Positions 32,301 to 42,457 of a DNA stretch of 64,000 bases are shown one piece after another. The notes below the pieces were generated by a model. The model did not search any database, was not told where the DNA came from, and was given only the letters and a program-made list of their open reading frames with translations. The translations under genes and the position numbers were made by a program. Source of the DNA: Coxiellales bacterium (GTDB lineage: Bacteria > Pseudomonadota > Gammaproteobacteria > CBDETP01); the NCBI GenBank assembly GCA_965242995.1, contig CBDETP010000003.1, positions 83,304-147,303 of the forward strand, given 5' to 3'. Positions within the stretch are counted from its first letter, which is position 1. Each line of letters begins with the position of its first letter.

Positions 32301-33104
32301 TTGGTGTCTTGTTTTTTTATGTATGCTGATCATCACTGGTCCTCTTTCCATCAGTTTCGTTCAAAGCTGTCTAATGTTGTCGTGCCTTTTCAGCTAGTGG
32401 TGACAACACCCATTAAATTATTTCATGACGCCAGTAATTATATCGTCAGACAGAAGACACTAGTAGCCGACAATGAAGTTCTAAGAGGGAATAAGCTGGT
32501 GTTGCAGTCAAAGTTGCAGCAATTGCTTTTGTTAGAGAAAGAAAATTCGAATTTGCGGGCTTTATTGCAGGCGGGGCCACACATCGATGGTAAGACTATG
32601 GTTGCTGAGCTGGTTGCTGTCGGCGTTGACCCAAATAGAAAAGAGTTAGTGCTAGATAAAGGCAGCAATGACGGTGTATTTGCTGGGCAGCCGGTCATCG
32701 ATTCTACGGGGGTGGTTGGTCAGGTTGTTGAGGCAAACCTGTTTGCCAGCAGAGTGCTGTTAGTTACAGACTCAAGAAGTGCTACTCCAGTACAAAACAG
32801 TAGAACAGATTTTCGTGCAATTGCAGAGGGCTCAGGATCAGACAGCTTAGTATTACTGCACGTTGCTAAAAACAGTAATATTCAACAAGGTGATTTGTTT
32901 GTAACTTCTGGTTTAGGGCTTCGCTATCCAGCAGGATATCCAGTTGCAAAGGTTGTCAGTATTGCTAATAAAGGCGACAGTCAATTTTTAACGGTAACAC
33001 TTAAGCCACTGGCTTATTTGGAAAATGAGCGAGAGGTTTTGCTAGTGTGGCCAGGAATAAAGCAGCTTAAAAAATCAGTCGCTAATTTGCTTGATGGTTC
33101 TTGA
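32301..33104 (+). CDS. mreC: rod shape-determining protein MreC (5' end anomalous, see findings)
   Basis: MreC similarity runs through the whole length. The first canonical in-frame start (TTG 32301) lies inside the TM segment, and a conserved N-terminus (IKFIFSRKSS) is encoded upstream in the same frame from 32244. Confidence 0.75.
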   Translation: MVSCFFMYADHHWSSFHQFRSKLSNVVVPFQLVVTTPIKLFHDASNYIVRQKTLVADNEVLRGNKLVLQSKLQQLLLLEKENSNLRALLQAGPHIDGKTMVAELVAVGVDPNRKELVLDKGSNDGVFAGQPVIDSTGVVGQVVEANLFASRVLLVTDSRSATPVQNSRTDFRAIAEGSGSDSLVLLHVAKNSNIQQGDLFVTSGLGLRYPAGYPVAKVVSIANKGDSQFLTVTLKPLAYLENEREVLLVWPGIKQLKKSVANLLDGS

Positions 33105-33145
33105 TGCTTTTGTTGATGAGGTTTTTATAGTTAGAGGATTGCTTT

Positions 33146-33652
33146 ATGCAGGATTTTTTTTCTAATCGAGGGTCTATCTTTTTGACATTTTTGGTCGCTG
33201 TTTTGTTGTTCATCTTTCCGTGGCCGAACATTATTTTATGGGCTCAGCCCGTATGGCCTTTACTTGTTCTGGTTTTTTGGTTGTTAGTTATGCCGCTGCA
33301 AATAAGTTTTTTTACAGCTTTTTTGCTGGGCCTTATTCTTGATTTGCTTACCGGGAGTTTGTTGGGTCAATATGCTTTTGCCTTTATAGTGATTACCTAC
33401 GTTGTGTTAAGATTAAAGCCAAGACTCAGGGTTTCTTCTGAATGGCGGCAAGGCATGGTTGTTGCTTTATTTTCAGCATTTTTGGCAGTATATAAGATGC
33501 TTATAATGTTATTGGTTGGTCAAAGCATAGTAAATCTTTGGTTGGGCTTTTTGCCAGCCTTAAGTTCTTTTATTGTTTGGCCGTATTTTTTTAGGTTGAT
33601 GAGGAAGTGTCGTTATCGATTCTTTGGCAAGTTTGCTGGTAATGCACTATGA
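33146..33652 (+). CDS. mreD: rod shape-determining protein MreD
   Basis: 168-aa polytopic membrane protein following mreC. Confidence 0.7.
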   Translation: MQDFFSNRGSIFLTFLVAVLLFIFPWPNIILWAQPVWPLLVLVFWLLVMPLQISFFTAFLLGLILDLLTGSLLGQYAFAFIVITYVVLRLKPRLRVSSEWRQGMVVALFSAFLAVYKMLIMLLVGQSIVNLWLGFLPALSSFIVWPYFFRLMRKCRYRFFGKFAGNAL

Positions 33653-36600
33653 GTGTAAAGCGTTTTTTATTGAAGCTAATGTATTTTTTTGCCACACTTT
33701 TGGTTTTTTTTGCAATACTAGTGAATGCAGCTAGAATATTTTTACCAAAACTTGACAGGAGTGCATATTATTTAGAGGCTTGGGCGTCTAAAGCGGTTGA
33801 CCAACCGGTTGAGATTAAAGAAGTAAAAGTGCAGTGGCGTGATTTTTTTGAACCTGAAATAAGTTTTAGTGACGTTAGATTTTTAAGCAAAAATAAAAAG
33901 CAAGTTTTGTTTCATGTTGACCATCTTGCAATTGGTATTGATGTGGTGAAAAGTCTTTTTAATAGGAAGCTGTATCCTAGTAATTTTATTTTAGATGGCT
34001 TGGATCTGACGGTTAGGCATACGGCAAGCAAAGGGTTCTTTATTGAAGGAATAAGTGCTAGCAATAAAAATGCCTTCTCTTCATCTTCTTTTGAGGGAAG
34101 TTTTTTTAATTGGTTGGCTGCAAAATCCAATGTTTTGTTTAAGAATGTTAGGCTAAATGTTTTTAATGATGGAGAAAAATCTTTTTCTATTTATAAAAGC
34201 CAGTTTGAGTTGAGAAACACAGCCTTTGATCATTATTTGCTGGGAGAGGTTTTTGTTGAGAATAAGGCTGAGTCTACATTCAGCTTTGTTGTGAACTTTG
34301 ATGATTTTAGTGATATTAAGAGTGATTTTTCAGCGCATGCTTACTTTAATGTGCATAACTTTTCGCCAGATGTTTTGAAGAGCCTCTCTTCTCTTGGTGG
34401 TTATTTTAAACAGATGAATTTGCAGTCTGGGTTGGTTAGCTTTCGATCCTGGGTTGATGTTGATAATAGTCAGCTTGTTGGTGTGAAGGTTTCGGTTAAA
34501 TCGGGCTCGGTTAAATTATATTTGCAGAAATTGAAAAAACTTATTGATTTTGATAGAATTTCAGGCGATTTTTTTTGGAAAAGGAGAGGTCAGGGTTGGG
34601 AGGCTTCTGCAGATAATGTTGATCTTGGTTGGGGTGATGGCCGTTGGTTTGAGAAGCAATTGGCGTTTAGTTCTGAAGAAAATGGGACTGTTCAAAACCT
34701 GTTTATAAAGTCAGGTTCTTTTCAAGCAGTTCAAGATTTAGCTCGTCATTTTGGCGTACTTTCTGCGGAGGTTAAGAATAAACTTGATGATCTTCAGCTT
34801 AAAGGTAAGTTCAGTGATTTTTTTTCTAGTCGAGCAGTTAAAAATAGCATTATTAGTTATTCGGTTAAAACAAAGGCAAATAATATCTCATTACATGATA
34901 AAAAGGATGGTGTGGATTTTTCAGGTTTATCTGGGAGTTTTTATTACTCCCCGGTTTTAGGTTATTTCGATGCAAAACAGAGCACCTTGGCTTTCAGCTA
35001 TCCTAAGATTTTTTCTCGAAAAATGAGTTTTGATAAGATATCGGGATTAATTTTTTGGAAGAAAAAAAGTAAAGGCTATGAAATAGGCGCAGATAATTTT
35101 TTAATAAGGGATGATAATTTTGGCTTGTTGAGTAATGGTCGTGTTTGGCTTCCGCGTAAAGGGGGCCCTGTGTTTGACCTGCTGGCGAGTTTTTATCTTA
35201 ATGATTTAACCAAGATTAAATATTATTTCCCTGGTCCAGTTATGAATAAGCCGCTAAAGGCCTGGCTTTTAACGGCTTTTAAGTCAGGCAACATGAAGCA
35301 GTCAACACTGTTGCTAAGAGGGCCTATTAGTAAGTTTCCTTTTAGGCACCATGAGGGAAGGTTTGAGATTTCGTCAAACATTCAAAATCTTGGCTTGCAA
35401 TATGCTCCAGGTTGGCCTGTAATCAAAAATACAAAAGCCCATCTATCATTTGATAATGCAGGTTTGGGGATTAAATTGCATTCAGGTAATATTTCTGGCA
35501 TCAATATTGTTACTGCAAATGGGGGGTTCTCAGATCTTGTGTCTTCTCCTCTAGTGCTTAAGGCTAATTTAGAAGGTGATCTCTCTAATGCGCAAAAGTT
35601 TGTAAATAACAGCCCGATGCTTTTGAAAGAGCAGCTTGCTGACATGAAATTATTTGGCTCTTCTGCTATCTCATTAAACATGAATGTTCCTTTGCACTCA
35701 AAAAAAGCACAGATGAGCATGAAAGGAAGTCTTGCGTTCAAGGGTTCAAATATTCAAATGCCATTATGGGGTGTGGATTTAACTAATGTATATGGCAGCT
35801 TAGGCTTTACTAACAGCGCGGTTTTTTCTAAGTCGATCGCAGCAAAATCTTTTGGTTATCCTGTAAGTACGAGTGTTTCTACGAGCTTTAACAACAAAAA
35901 AGAGAGAGAAGTAAAGATAGATTTTAAAAGCTCAATTGATATGGCTAATCTATATAAGACCTATTCCTTTCCAATTTTGAGTTTTTCTAAAGGGGTGGTC
36001 AATTATAATGGTCGGCTATTGCTGCATGATGCTAATGATCCTCTAGGAAATACATTAACTATTTCTTCTGATTTAAAGGGTGTTTCTTTTGATGTTCCTA
36101 AGCCATATGCTAAAAAACAGCCAAGTAAAAAAGACTTTTCAATAGTAATGCATGCAGGAGCTTCTGGTAAGTTTCCTTTGTATTTTGAGGTGAATTACGG
36201 AAAGCTAATCAGAGTTGTTTCATCATTCACTAAAGAAAACAGGAAATATAATTTTTGGGGTGGCAAGCTGTTGTTTGGATCTCGCCTAGCTTCACTACCA
36301 GAAAGCAAAGATTGGTCTGTTTCGGGCGTTGTTGATGAGCTTGATTGGCCGGTTTGGCAAAAGTTTTTAGCAAAGTTGTCAAAAAAACAAAAGGGAGTGG
36401 CAGAGCCTAGCAAGGGGTTTTTTAACGATATTCAGTTGAGGATAAAAAAACTGTTAATTTTTAATAAAAAAATTGACAATGTAAATGTAAACATTAAGCC
36501 TTATGAAGTTGCTGGTTATGATATTGATTTTTTAAGTAGTGTTGCTGCCGGTAATGTTAAGATACCAGCGCACTATGAAGTTTCTCCTGTTTTAGTTGAT

Positions 36601-37494
36601 TTGAATTATTTTCATTATAATCCTTCTGGAAAAGAACAAGGTTTTACTAATTTAAAGCCAACCGACTTTTTCCCTGTTAATTTCTCGGCAAAGGATTTTT
36701 TTTATAAAGGTAGTTCAATTGGTGCTGTTAGTTTTAAGTTGAAAAGCATAAAAGACAGGTTGCGAATTGAAGATGCGCTTATTGAATCCAATAGCTATAA
36801 GTTAGCGTTTAATGGTGATTGGTTGAGCAAGGTGGGGCACGCTGTGTCTTCTATTGATGGCAGTCTTTCAATGGCTGATCTGGGTAATTTTTTAAGTAAG
36901 TTTGATTTATCTTCAGCTGTTGCCAAAGGAAAGGGCGCTATTAATTTTTCTTTGTCTTGGCCGGGTTCAATATTTAAGCCTAGTGTAAAAGGATTAAATG
37001 GTGGGTTTTCTTTGGATTTTAGTGATGGGCGTATTGTAAATTTAAATAATGAAACAGAGTCGGAGCTTGGACTAGGTAAATTGTTGGGGCTATTTAGCGT
37101 GAGGTCTATATCAGAAAAATTATTATTAAATTTTGGCGGCCTAGTTGATTCGGGGTTTCCTTTTAGTAGGATGGCCGGTGATTTCCAAGTAATTGACGGA
37201 TTGGCTAAAACACAAAACTTTTCATTAGATGGCTCTATTGCTGATGTTTTGGCTGAGGGGAGTTTAGATCTGCCTAAGAAAACATATAATATTGCTGTGA
37301 CAGTAAGGCCTTATTTAACATCGAGTCTTCCTGTTATTGCGGCTGTTGTAGGAACACCGATTATTGGTGCTGCAGCATGGGTAGTAAATAAGGTGATCGT
37401 AGCGCCGTTGACTGGAAAAATTGCGGAATCAAAATATCAATTAAAAGGTTCTTGGGCAAAGCCAAAGCTGCTAGACTTACCTAAACCACAATAA
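33649..37494 (+). CDS. yhdP: YhdP/AsmA2-family large periplasm-spanning protein (TamB-like)
   Basis: 1281 aa with an N-terminal TM and long beta-rich repeats. Position between mreD and tldD matches E. coli yhdP. Confidence 0.7.
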   Translation: MSVKRFLLKLMYFFATLLVFFAILVNAARIFLPKLDRSAYYLEAWASKAVDQPVEIKEVKVQWRDFFEPEISFSDVRFLSKNKKQVLFHVDHLAIGIDVVKSLFNRKLYPSNFILDGLDLTVRHTASKGFFIEGISASNKNAFSSSSFEGSFFNWLAAKSNVLFKNVRLNVFNDGEKSFSIYKSQFELRNTAFDHYLLGEVFVENKAESTFSFVVNFDDFSDIKSDFSAHAYFNVHNFSPDVLKSLSSLGGYFKQMNLQSGLVSFRSWVDVDNSQLVGVKVSVKSGSVKLYLQKLKKLIDFDRISGDFFWKRRGQGWEASADNVDLGWGDGRWFEKQLAFSSEENGTVQNLFIKSGSFQAVQDLARHFGVLSAEVKNKLDDLQLKGKFSDFFSSRAVKNSIISYSVKTKANNISLHDKKDGVDFSGLSGSFYYSPVLGYFDAKQSTLAFSYPKIFSRKMSFDKISGLIFWKKKSKGYEIGADNFLIRDDNFGLLSNGRVWLPRKGGPVFDLLASFYLNDLTKIKYYFPGPVMNKPLKAWLLTAFKSGNMKQSTLLLRGPISKFPFRHHEGRFEISSNIQNLGLQYAPGWPVIKNTKAHLSFDNAGLGIKLHSGNISGINIVTANGGFSDLVSSPLVLKANLEGDLSNAQKFVNNSPMLLKEQLADMKLFGSSAISLNMNVPLHSKKAQMSMKGSLAFKGSNIQMPLWGVDLTNVYGSLGFTNSAVFSKSIAAKSFGYPVSTSVSTSFNNKKEREVKIDFKSSIDMANLYKTYSFPILSFSKGVVNYNGRLLLHDANDPLGNTLTISSDLKGVSFDVPKPYAKKQPSKKDFSIVMHAGASGKFPLYFEVNYGKLIRVVSSFTKENRKYNFWGGKLLFGSRLASLPESKDWSVSGVVDELDWPVWQKFLAKLSKKQKGVAEPSKGFFNDIQLRIKKLLIFNKKIDNVNVNIKPYEVAGYDIDFLSSVAAGNVKIPAHYEVSPVLVDLNYFHYNPSGKEQGFTNLKPTDFFPVNFSAKDFFYKGSSIGAVSFKLKSIKDRLRIEDALIESNSYKLAFNGDWLSKVGHAVSSIDGSLSMADLGNFLSKFDLSSAVAKGKGAINFSLSWPGSIFKPSVKGLNGGFSLDFSDGRIVNLNNETESELGLGKLLGLFSVRSISEKLLLNFGGLVDSGFPFSRMAGDFQVIDGLAKTQNFSLDGSIADVLAEGSLDLPKKTYNIAVTVRPYLTSSLPVIAAVVGTPIIGAAAWVVNKVIVAPLTGKIAESKYQLKGSWAKPKLLDLPKPQ

Positions 37495-37502
37495 GGGTTA
37501 AT

Positions 37503-38939
37503 ATGAGTGATGATTTTCAATTAGCAAGAAAATTTTTATTATCCGCAGATTCTTTAACTGAAAACAAATTATTGTCTTCGTTAAAAAAAGCAATGGGTGC
37601 TGGCGTCGATTTTGCTGATATTTTTATGCAATATTCTGTTGAGGAAAGTTGGTATTTAGAAGATGGTGTGGTTAAGAAAAGCAATTACAGTGTGGACCAA
37701 GGTTTTGGGCTTCGCGCAGTCAGTGGAGACAGGTCGGGATTTGCTTATTCCAGTGATTTAAGTTTGGATGCGCTAAATTATGCGGCTAATTCTGCAAAAA
37801 GCATTGCTAGTCTGGGGGGAGATGGAAAAATTATTGTGCCGACAGAAAAAAAAGTTCCTCGACTTTATTTAAATGATAATCCGCTTATTTCCATTGATGA
37901 TAATCAAAAAGTTAAATTGCTTCATAATTTAGATAAAAAGATAAAAGCAAAAGACCCAAAAATTAAAGATGTTTTTTTGAGCTTGTCTGCTGAGTATGAT
38001 GTTGTTTTGCTTTGTGGAAGCGATGGTATTATTGCAACGGATGTCAGACCAATGGTTCAGCTGCAAATAAGAGTACTTGCCGAGCAAAATGGCCGGCGTG
38101 AAACGGGTCGTTCTGGTGGTGGGGCAAGAGATGATTATGGTTATTTTACGCCAGAAAGGTTAGATGGTTTTGTTGATAAAGCCGTGCATCAAGCACTAAT
38201 AAACTTAGAGGCAAGACCCGCGCCAGCGGGTGAAATGCCAGTTGTTTTAGGCCCTGGTTGGCCGGGTGTGCTTTTACATGAGGCGGTTGGCCATGGGCTG
38301 GAAGGAGATTTTAACCGCAAAGGAAGTTCAATATTTTCTGGTCGAGTTGGCGAGCAAATTGCCAATAAGCTATGCACTATTGTGGATGATGGAACTTTGC
38401 GTAATAGGCGTGGTTCATTAAGTGTCGATGATGAAGGGGTTGCAGGCCAATACACGACATTGGTTGAAAATGGTGTTTTATGTGGCTATATGCAAGATAA
38501 ATTAAATGCAAAATTAATGGGTGTTTCATCTACTGGGAATGGACGCAGGGAATCTTATACAGATTTACCTTTGCCTCGAATGACAAATACTTATATGTTG
38601 CCAGGAGAAAGTGAGCCGGAAGAAATTATTTCATCACTAGAGCGAGGACTTTATGCTGTGGATTTTTCTGGTGGCCAGGTTGATATTACCTCGGGGCAGT
38701 TTGTTTTTACAGCAAGTGAGGCATATTGGGTTGAGAATGGTAAAGTGCAGTATCCTGTTAAAGGGGCAACACTCATTGGGTCTGGACCGAATGTATTGCC
38801 ATTAATATCAATGGTGGGTAATGATTTGGCATTAGATTCGGGTATTGGTGTGTGCGGTAAGGCTGGGCAGTCCGTGCCGGTTGGCGTCGGTCAGCCAACG
38901 ATAAAGATCGAAAAATTAACAGTTGGCGGCGCTAAATAG
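37503..38939 (+). CDS. tldD: metalloprotease TldD
   Basis: HEAVGHGLEGD zinc-binding motif; TldD length. Confidence 0.85.
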   Translation: MSDDFQLARKFLLSADSLTENKLLSSLKKAMGAGVDFADIFMQYSVEESWYLEDGVVKKSNYSVDQGFGLRAVSGDRSGFAYSSDLSLDALNYAANSAKSIASLGGDGKIIVPTEKKVPRLYLNDNPLISIDDNQKVKLLHNLDKKIKAKDPKIKDVFLSLSAEYDVVLLCGSDGIIATDVRPMVQLQIRVLAEQNGRRETGRSGGGARDDYGYFTPERLDGFVDKAVHQALINLEARPAPAGEMPVVLGPGWPGVLLHEAVGHGLEGDFNRKGSSIFSGRVGEQIANKLCTIVDDGTLRNRRGSLSVDDEGVAGQYTTLVENGVLCGYMQDKLNAKLMGVSSTGNGRRESYTDLPLPRMTNTYMLPGESEPEEIISSLERGLYAVDFSGGQVDITSGQFVFTASEAYWVENGKVQYPVKGATLIGSGPNVLPLISMVGNDLALDSGIGVCGKAGQSVPVGVGQPTIKIEKLTVGGAK

Positions 38940-39011
38940 TCTTAATTTTACTCAAGATGGAGTGATCGTCGAGTATTTTGTTAGGAAAACGCCCATTTCC
39001 GCTCCTATGGC

Positions 39012-39041
39012 TTGACATGAGCGTTATTCAATTGGTATAAC
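39012..39041 (+). promoter_or_regulatory. sigma-70-like promoter for hupB (TTGACA-18 nt-TATAAC)
   Basis: Direct reading shows a consensus -35 and a near-consensus -10 with 18-nt spacing, about 85 nt upstream of hupB. Confidence 0.5.
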
Positions 39042-39126
39042 AAAATGGCGAAAGAGGGGGAAAAGCAATTTTTTGCTTTTTGTATTGAACTTTAAAATAA
39101 AGGAATAAAAATGAACAAACAAAAAC

Positions 39127-39402
39127 TTGATTGATGTGATGGCAGAAGCTGCTGACATTTCTAAGTCTGCAGCAGAAAGAGCATTAAATGCTTTTACAAC
39201 ATGCGTTACTGATGCTTTATCAGAAAAAAAGGACGTCACTTTAGTAGGCTTTGGTAGCTTTACTACATCTAAGCGTGCTGCTAGACAAGGCCGTAACCCA
39301 CAAACAGGTGATCTAATGCAGATTCCATCTACCATTGTTGCTAGATTTAGAGCAGGTAAAAGACTTAAAGATGCAATTAATGATGAAAATGAAGAAAGTT
39401 AA
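39127..39402 (+). CDS. hupB: DNA-binding protein HU-beta
   Basis: HU fold (GFGSFTTSKRAARQGRNPQTGD...RFRAGKRLKDAIN). Only a TTG start is in frame. An ATG MNKQK start at 39111 is out of frame by one base within an A5 run. Confidence 0.85.
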   Translation: MIDVMAEAADISKSAAERALNAFTTCVTDALSEKKDVTLVGFGSFTTSKRAARQGRNPQTGDLMQIPSTIVARFRAGKRLKDAINDENEES

Positions 39403-39430
39403 TTTACTTTCCATTTTGTTATGCTATACT

Positions 39431-39465
39431 CGGCCCAGAATTTTAACTGGGTCGTTTTTTTTTGA
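39431..39465 (+). terminator. rho-independent terminator after hupB
   Basis: GGCCCAG...CTGGGTC hairpin followed by T9. Confidence 0.6.
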
Positions 39466-39489
39466 TCTGGAAAAGTTTTATGAAGTTTT

Positions 39490-39565
39490 GGGTGCTTAGC
39501 TCAGCTGGGAGAGCGTCGCCCTTACAAGGCGAATGTCGGGGGTTCGATCCCCTCAGCACCCACCA
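39490..39565 (+). tRNA. tRNA-Val (anticodon TAC)
   Basis: Cloverleaf with GGGTGCT acceptor stem, CTTACAA anticodon loop, GGTTCGATCC T-arm and encoded CCA. Confidence 0.9.
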
Positions 39566-39587
39566 CGATGCTGAGTCAGGGTAGCGC

Positions 39588-39664
39588 GGAGTGGTAGTTC
39601 AGCTGGTTAGAATACCGGCCTGTCACGCCGGGGGTCGCGGGTTCGAATCCCGTCCACTCCGCCA
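39588..39664 (+). tRNA. tRNA-Asp (anticodon GTC)
   Basis: GGAGTGG acceptor stem, CTGTCAC anticodon loop, GGTTCGAATCC T-arm and encoded CCA. Confidence 0.9.
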
Positions 39665-39693
39665 ACACCAAGTTTTTTTAAGGAAGTTGCGCA

Positions 39694-41580
39694 ATGCTGC
39701 AAAATATTAGGGAACACGTTCAAGGTGTTGTTGCTATTATTGTTATTGTTTTAGTTGGAATTTCTTTTGTTTTTTTTGGGGTGTCTTCTTATTTTGAATC
39801 CGGAGGCTCAGGCAGGGAAGTTATTGCCAAAGTGGGTTCAATAAAAATTTATCAACCACAGTTTGATAATCAATTAAAAAACTCACAGCAGCAGTTGAGT
39901 AAGTTGTACCCAGAAAGCAGTATGTTACAAAAAAAGCAAATCGTTTTGCAAAAGATGATTGAAGAGTCAGTGACCAGTCAGGCACTGCATAATAGTTGGT
40001 TCAGAGTTAGTCCATTTCAACTGCAAGCAGTGATTGCTTCAGAGCCTTTTTTGCAAGAGAATGGTCATTTTTCTAAAGAAAGGTTTATGCAGTTTTTACA
40101 AATGACTAACATGAATGAACAGGATTTTTTGAAAAGCATTTCAACCCAAGTGAGTGTAACTCAGCTCCAGCAGGGAATTGAAGGTAGCTCATTTTTATTG
40201 CCTGCTGAGTTATCACTTAATTACGAATTATTAAATCAAACGAGGAATGTTGGTTATTTTCAATTATCTGCAAAATCGTTAGAGAATAAAGTTAAGCCAA
40301 AAAATGATGAGGTAGATGGCTATTACAGCTCACACAGTAAAGACTTTGAAACGAAAGAGAAGGTCGCTGTTGATTATATAGTTTTGTCACCAAAACTTAA
40401 TTTATCATCAGTAAGTGATGAAGACGTTTCTCGCTATTATAAAGATAATATTGCTAATTATACTGTGCCGACTAAGTGGAAAATATTGACACTATCAGCC
40501 ACTCTTGGTGGCGGTGAAGCAGGTTTGAGGCAGGCGAATAAAGAAATTACACAATGGCAGTCAGCGCTAGCGAAGGGCACTCCTTTTTCTGATTTGATCG
40601 AAAAAGCAGGTCAAAGCACTAAGTCTCGTTGGGTAATACAACAAGATCTACCAGCAGCCCAAGCAAATGCGCTGTCTACTTTGGCGGTTAAGCGCGTTTC
40701 TGCGCCAGTTAAAACAAATAATGCGATTACCTTAATTAAACTACTAGCGTTTAATAAAGCAACGACGAAGCCTTTGTCTGCTGTTAGTAAGCAAATTAAA
40801 CAGATGTTGGCACAGCAAAAAGCGCAAAAAATATTTTCAGATCAAAGTAATACTTTGAACAATCTGGTTTACACGAATCCAGACAGCTTACAGCCAGCCG
40901 CTAAAAAGCTAGGTTTAACCGTACAGAAGTCCACTTTATTTAATCGCTCTGGCTTAAGTGACGGTATATTTTCTGATCCTAAAGTGGTTGCGGCAGCTTT
41001 CAGTGATGTTGTTTTGAAGCAAGATAATAACAGTGATCCTGTTAGTTTGGCTGATGGTCGTTTGGTTGTGCTGCGTGTAGCCAAACATGTGGCTAGCCGA
41101 GAGTTGGCCTTGACTGAAGTTCGCGCAAAAATTGAAATAATTTTAAAAAAACAATTAGCGGAAAAAGAACTGCAAAAGCAAGCGGAAAGTATTGTGAAAG
41201 ACCTTAATTCAGGTGAATCAGCTCAAGTAGTGGCTAAAAAATATCGTCTTGTGTGGCAGACTAAAGATAATGTTTCTCGCTCTGAGCGTGCACTAGATCC
41301 TATGTTGGTTGCTGTGGCATATCATGATGCATCGGGTTATAAAGATGGAAATTACCATGCGGTATCAACAAAGCTAGTAGGTGGTGATATGGCGGTAGTA
41401 TCTGTTTTAAAGATTAATTACCCAAGCTTTTCTAAGGCATCATTAACGCAACAGGAAAGCACAACAGCACAGATGGAGCAATATTTAGGTCAACTAGACC
41501 TTAGTTTGTATTTTAAGGCGATGACTAAAAAAGTTAAGGTTAAAGTTTATGATAAAAGCCTGCAATCTGCCTGGAAATAA
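39694..41580 (+). CDS. ppiD: periplasmic chaperone / peptidyl-prolyl isomerase PpiD
   Basis: 628 aa with an N-terminal TM, a SurA-like N-domain and a parvulin-like region. hupB-ppiD synteny. Confidence 0.75.
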   Translation: MLQNIREHVQGVVAIIVIVLVGISFVFFGVSSYFESGGSGREVIAKVGSIKIYQPQFDNQLKNSQQQLSKLYPESSMLQKKQIVLQKMIEESVTSQALHNSWFRVSPFQLQAVIASEPFLQENGHFSKERFMQFLQMTNMNEQDFLKSISTQVSVTQLQQGIEGSSFLLPAELSLNYELLNQTRNVGYFQLSAKSLENKVKPKNDEVDGYYSSHSKDFETKEKVAVDYIVLSPKLNLSSVSDEDVSRYYKDNIANYTVPTKWKILTLSATLGGGEAGLRQANKEITQWQSALAKGTPFSDLIEKAGQSTKSRWVIQQDLPAAQANALSTLAVKRVSAPVKTNNAITLIKLLAFNKATTKPLSAVSKQIKQMLAQQKAQKIFSDQSNTLNNLVYTNPDSLQPAAKKLGLTVQKSTLFNRSGLSDGIFSDPKVVAAAFSDVVLKQDNNSDPVSLADGRLVVLRVAKHVASRELALTEVRAKIEIILKKQLAEKELQKQAESIVKDLNSGESAQVVAKKYRLVWQTKDNVSRSERALDPMLVAVAYHDASGYKDGNYHAVSTKLVGGDMAVVSVLKINYPSFSKASLTQQESTTAQMEQYLGQLDLSLYFKAMTKKVKVKVYDKSLQSAWK

Positions 41581-41630
41581 TCCCCTGTCTATATTAATAA
41601 AAAAACAGATAGAAAATTGACATAAAAAAA

Positions 41631-41663
41631 GGCAGAAAGTGCGTCACACCTCTGCCTTTTTTT
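41631..41663. terminator. bidirectional rho-independent terminator between convergent ppiD and fabI
   Basis: A7-GGCAGA...TCTGCC-T7 hairpin flanked by A and T runs. Confidence 0.6.
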
Positions 41664-41674
41664 GTAGCTGTTTT

Positions 41675-42457
41675 TTATTCTTCAGCCATACCAATAATAT
41701 GGTAGCCTGCGTCGACATGAACAACTTCACCGGTGATGCCAGATGCTAAGTCTGAGCACAGAAATGCAGCAGCATTACCGACTTGCTCAGTGCTAATGTT
41801 TTCACGCAGGGGGGTTACTTTTTCATTGCGATCGAGCATGCTGCGAAAGCCCTTAATGCCAGAGGCGGCAAGTGTGCGAATAGGGCCGGCAGAGATTGCG
41901 TTAACACGAGTGCCTTTAGGGCCAAGGCTAGCAGCCATGTATTGTACATTAGCTTCTAAGCTGGCCTTCGCAACACCCATGACGTTATAGTTAGGGATGA
42001 CTCGTTCAGCACCAAGGTATGTCATGGTCAGTAGGGCGCCTTTTCGGCCTTCCATCATTGGCATTGCCGCTTTTGCTAAGCCTGCGAAACTGTAGCTGCT
42101 GATGTCATGTGCCATTAAAAAGCCTTCGCGAGTAATGTTTTCCATGAAGTTGCCCTGAATCTGCTCTGCAGGGGCATAAGCAACCGAGTGGACTAAAATA
42201 TCTAGTCCGTCCCACTTTTTATTCAGCTCGCTAAAGACATTGGTGATTTGCTCATCAGACGTAACGTCGCAAGGAATGATAATGTCTGAACCCCATTCAG
42301 CAGCCATTTTGCCAATACGGTCTTTGAATTTTTCATTTTGATAGGTGAAAGCAAGTTTTGCACCAGCTTTATGTAAAGCGTCGGCAATGCCATAGGCAAT
42401 GGATCGGTTACTAAGTAGTCCAACAATTAAAGCTGTTTTTCCTTGTAGGGTAGACAT
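41675..42457 (-). CDS. fabI: enoyl-[acyl-carrier-protein] reductase (NADH)
   Basis: Near full-length collinearity with E. coli FabI (SIAYGIA..., [19 protein letters not shown], catalytic Y/K). Confidence 0.9.
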   Translation of the reverse strand: MSTLQGKTALIVGLLSNRSIAYGIADALHKAGAKLAFTYQNEKFKDRIGKMAAEWGSDIIIPCDVTSDEQITNVFSELNKKWDGLDILVHSVAYAPAEQIQGNFMENITREGFLMAHDISSYSFAGLAKAAMPMMEGRKGALLTMTYLGAERVIPNYNVMGVAKASLEANVQYMAASLGPKGTRVNAISAGPIRTLAASGIKGFRSMLDRNEKVTPLRENISTEQVGNAAAFLCSDLASGITGEVVHVDAGYHIIGMAEE

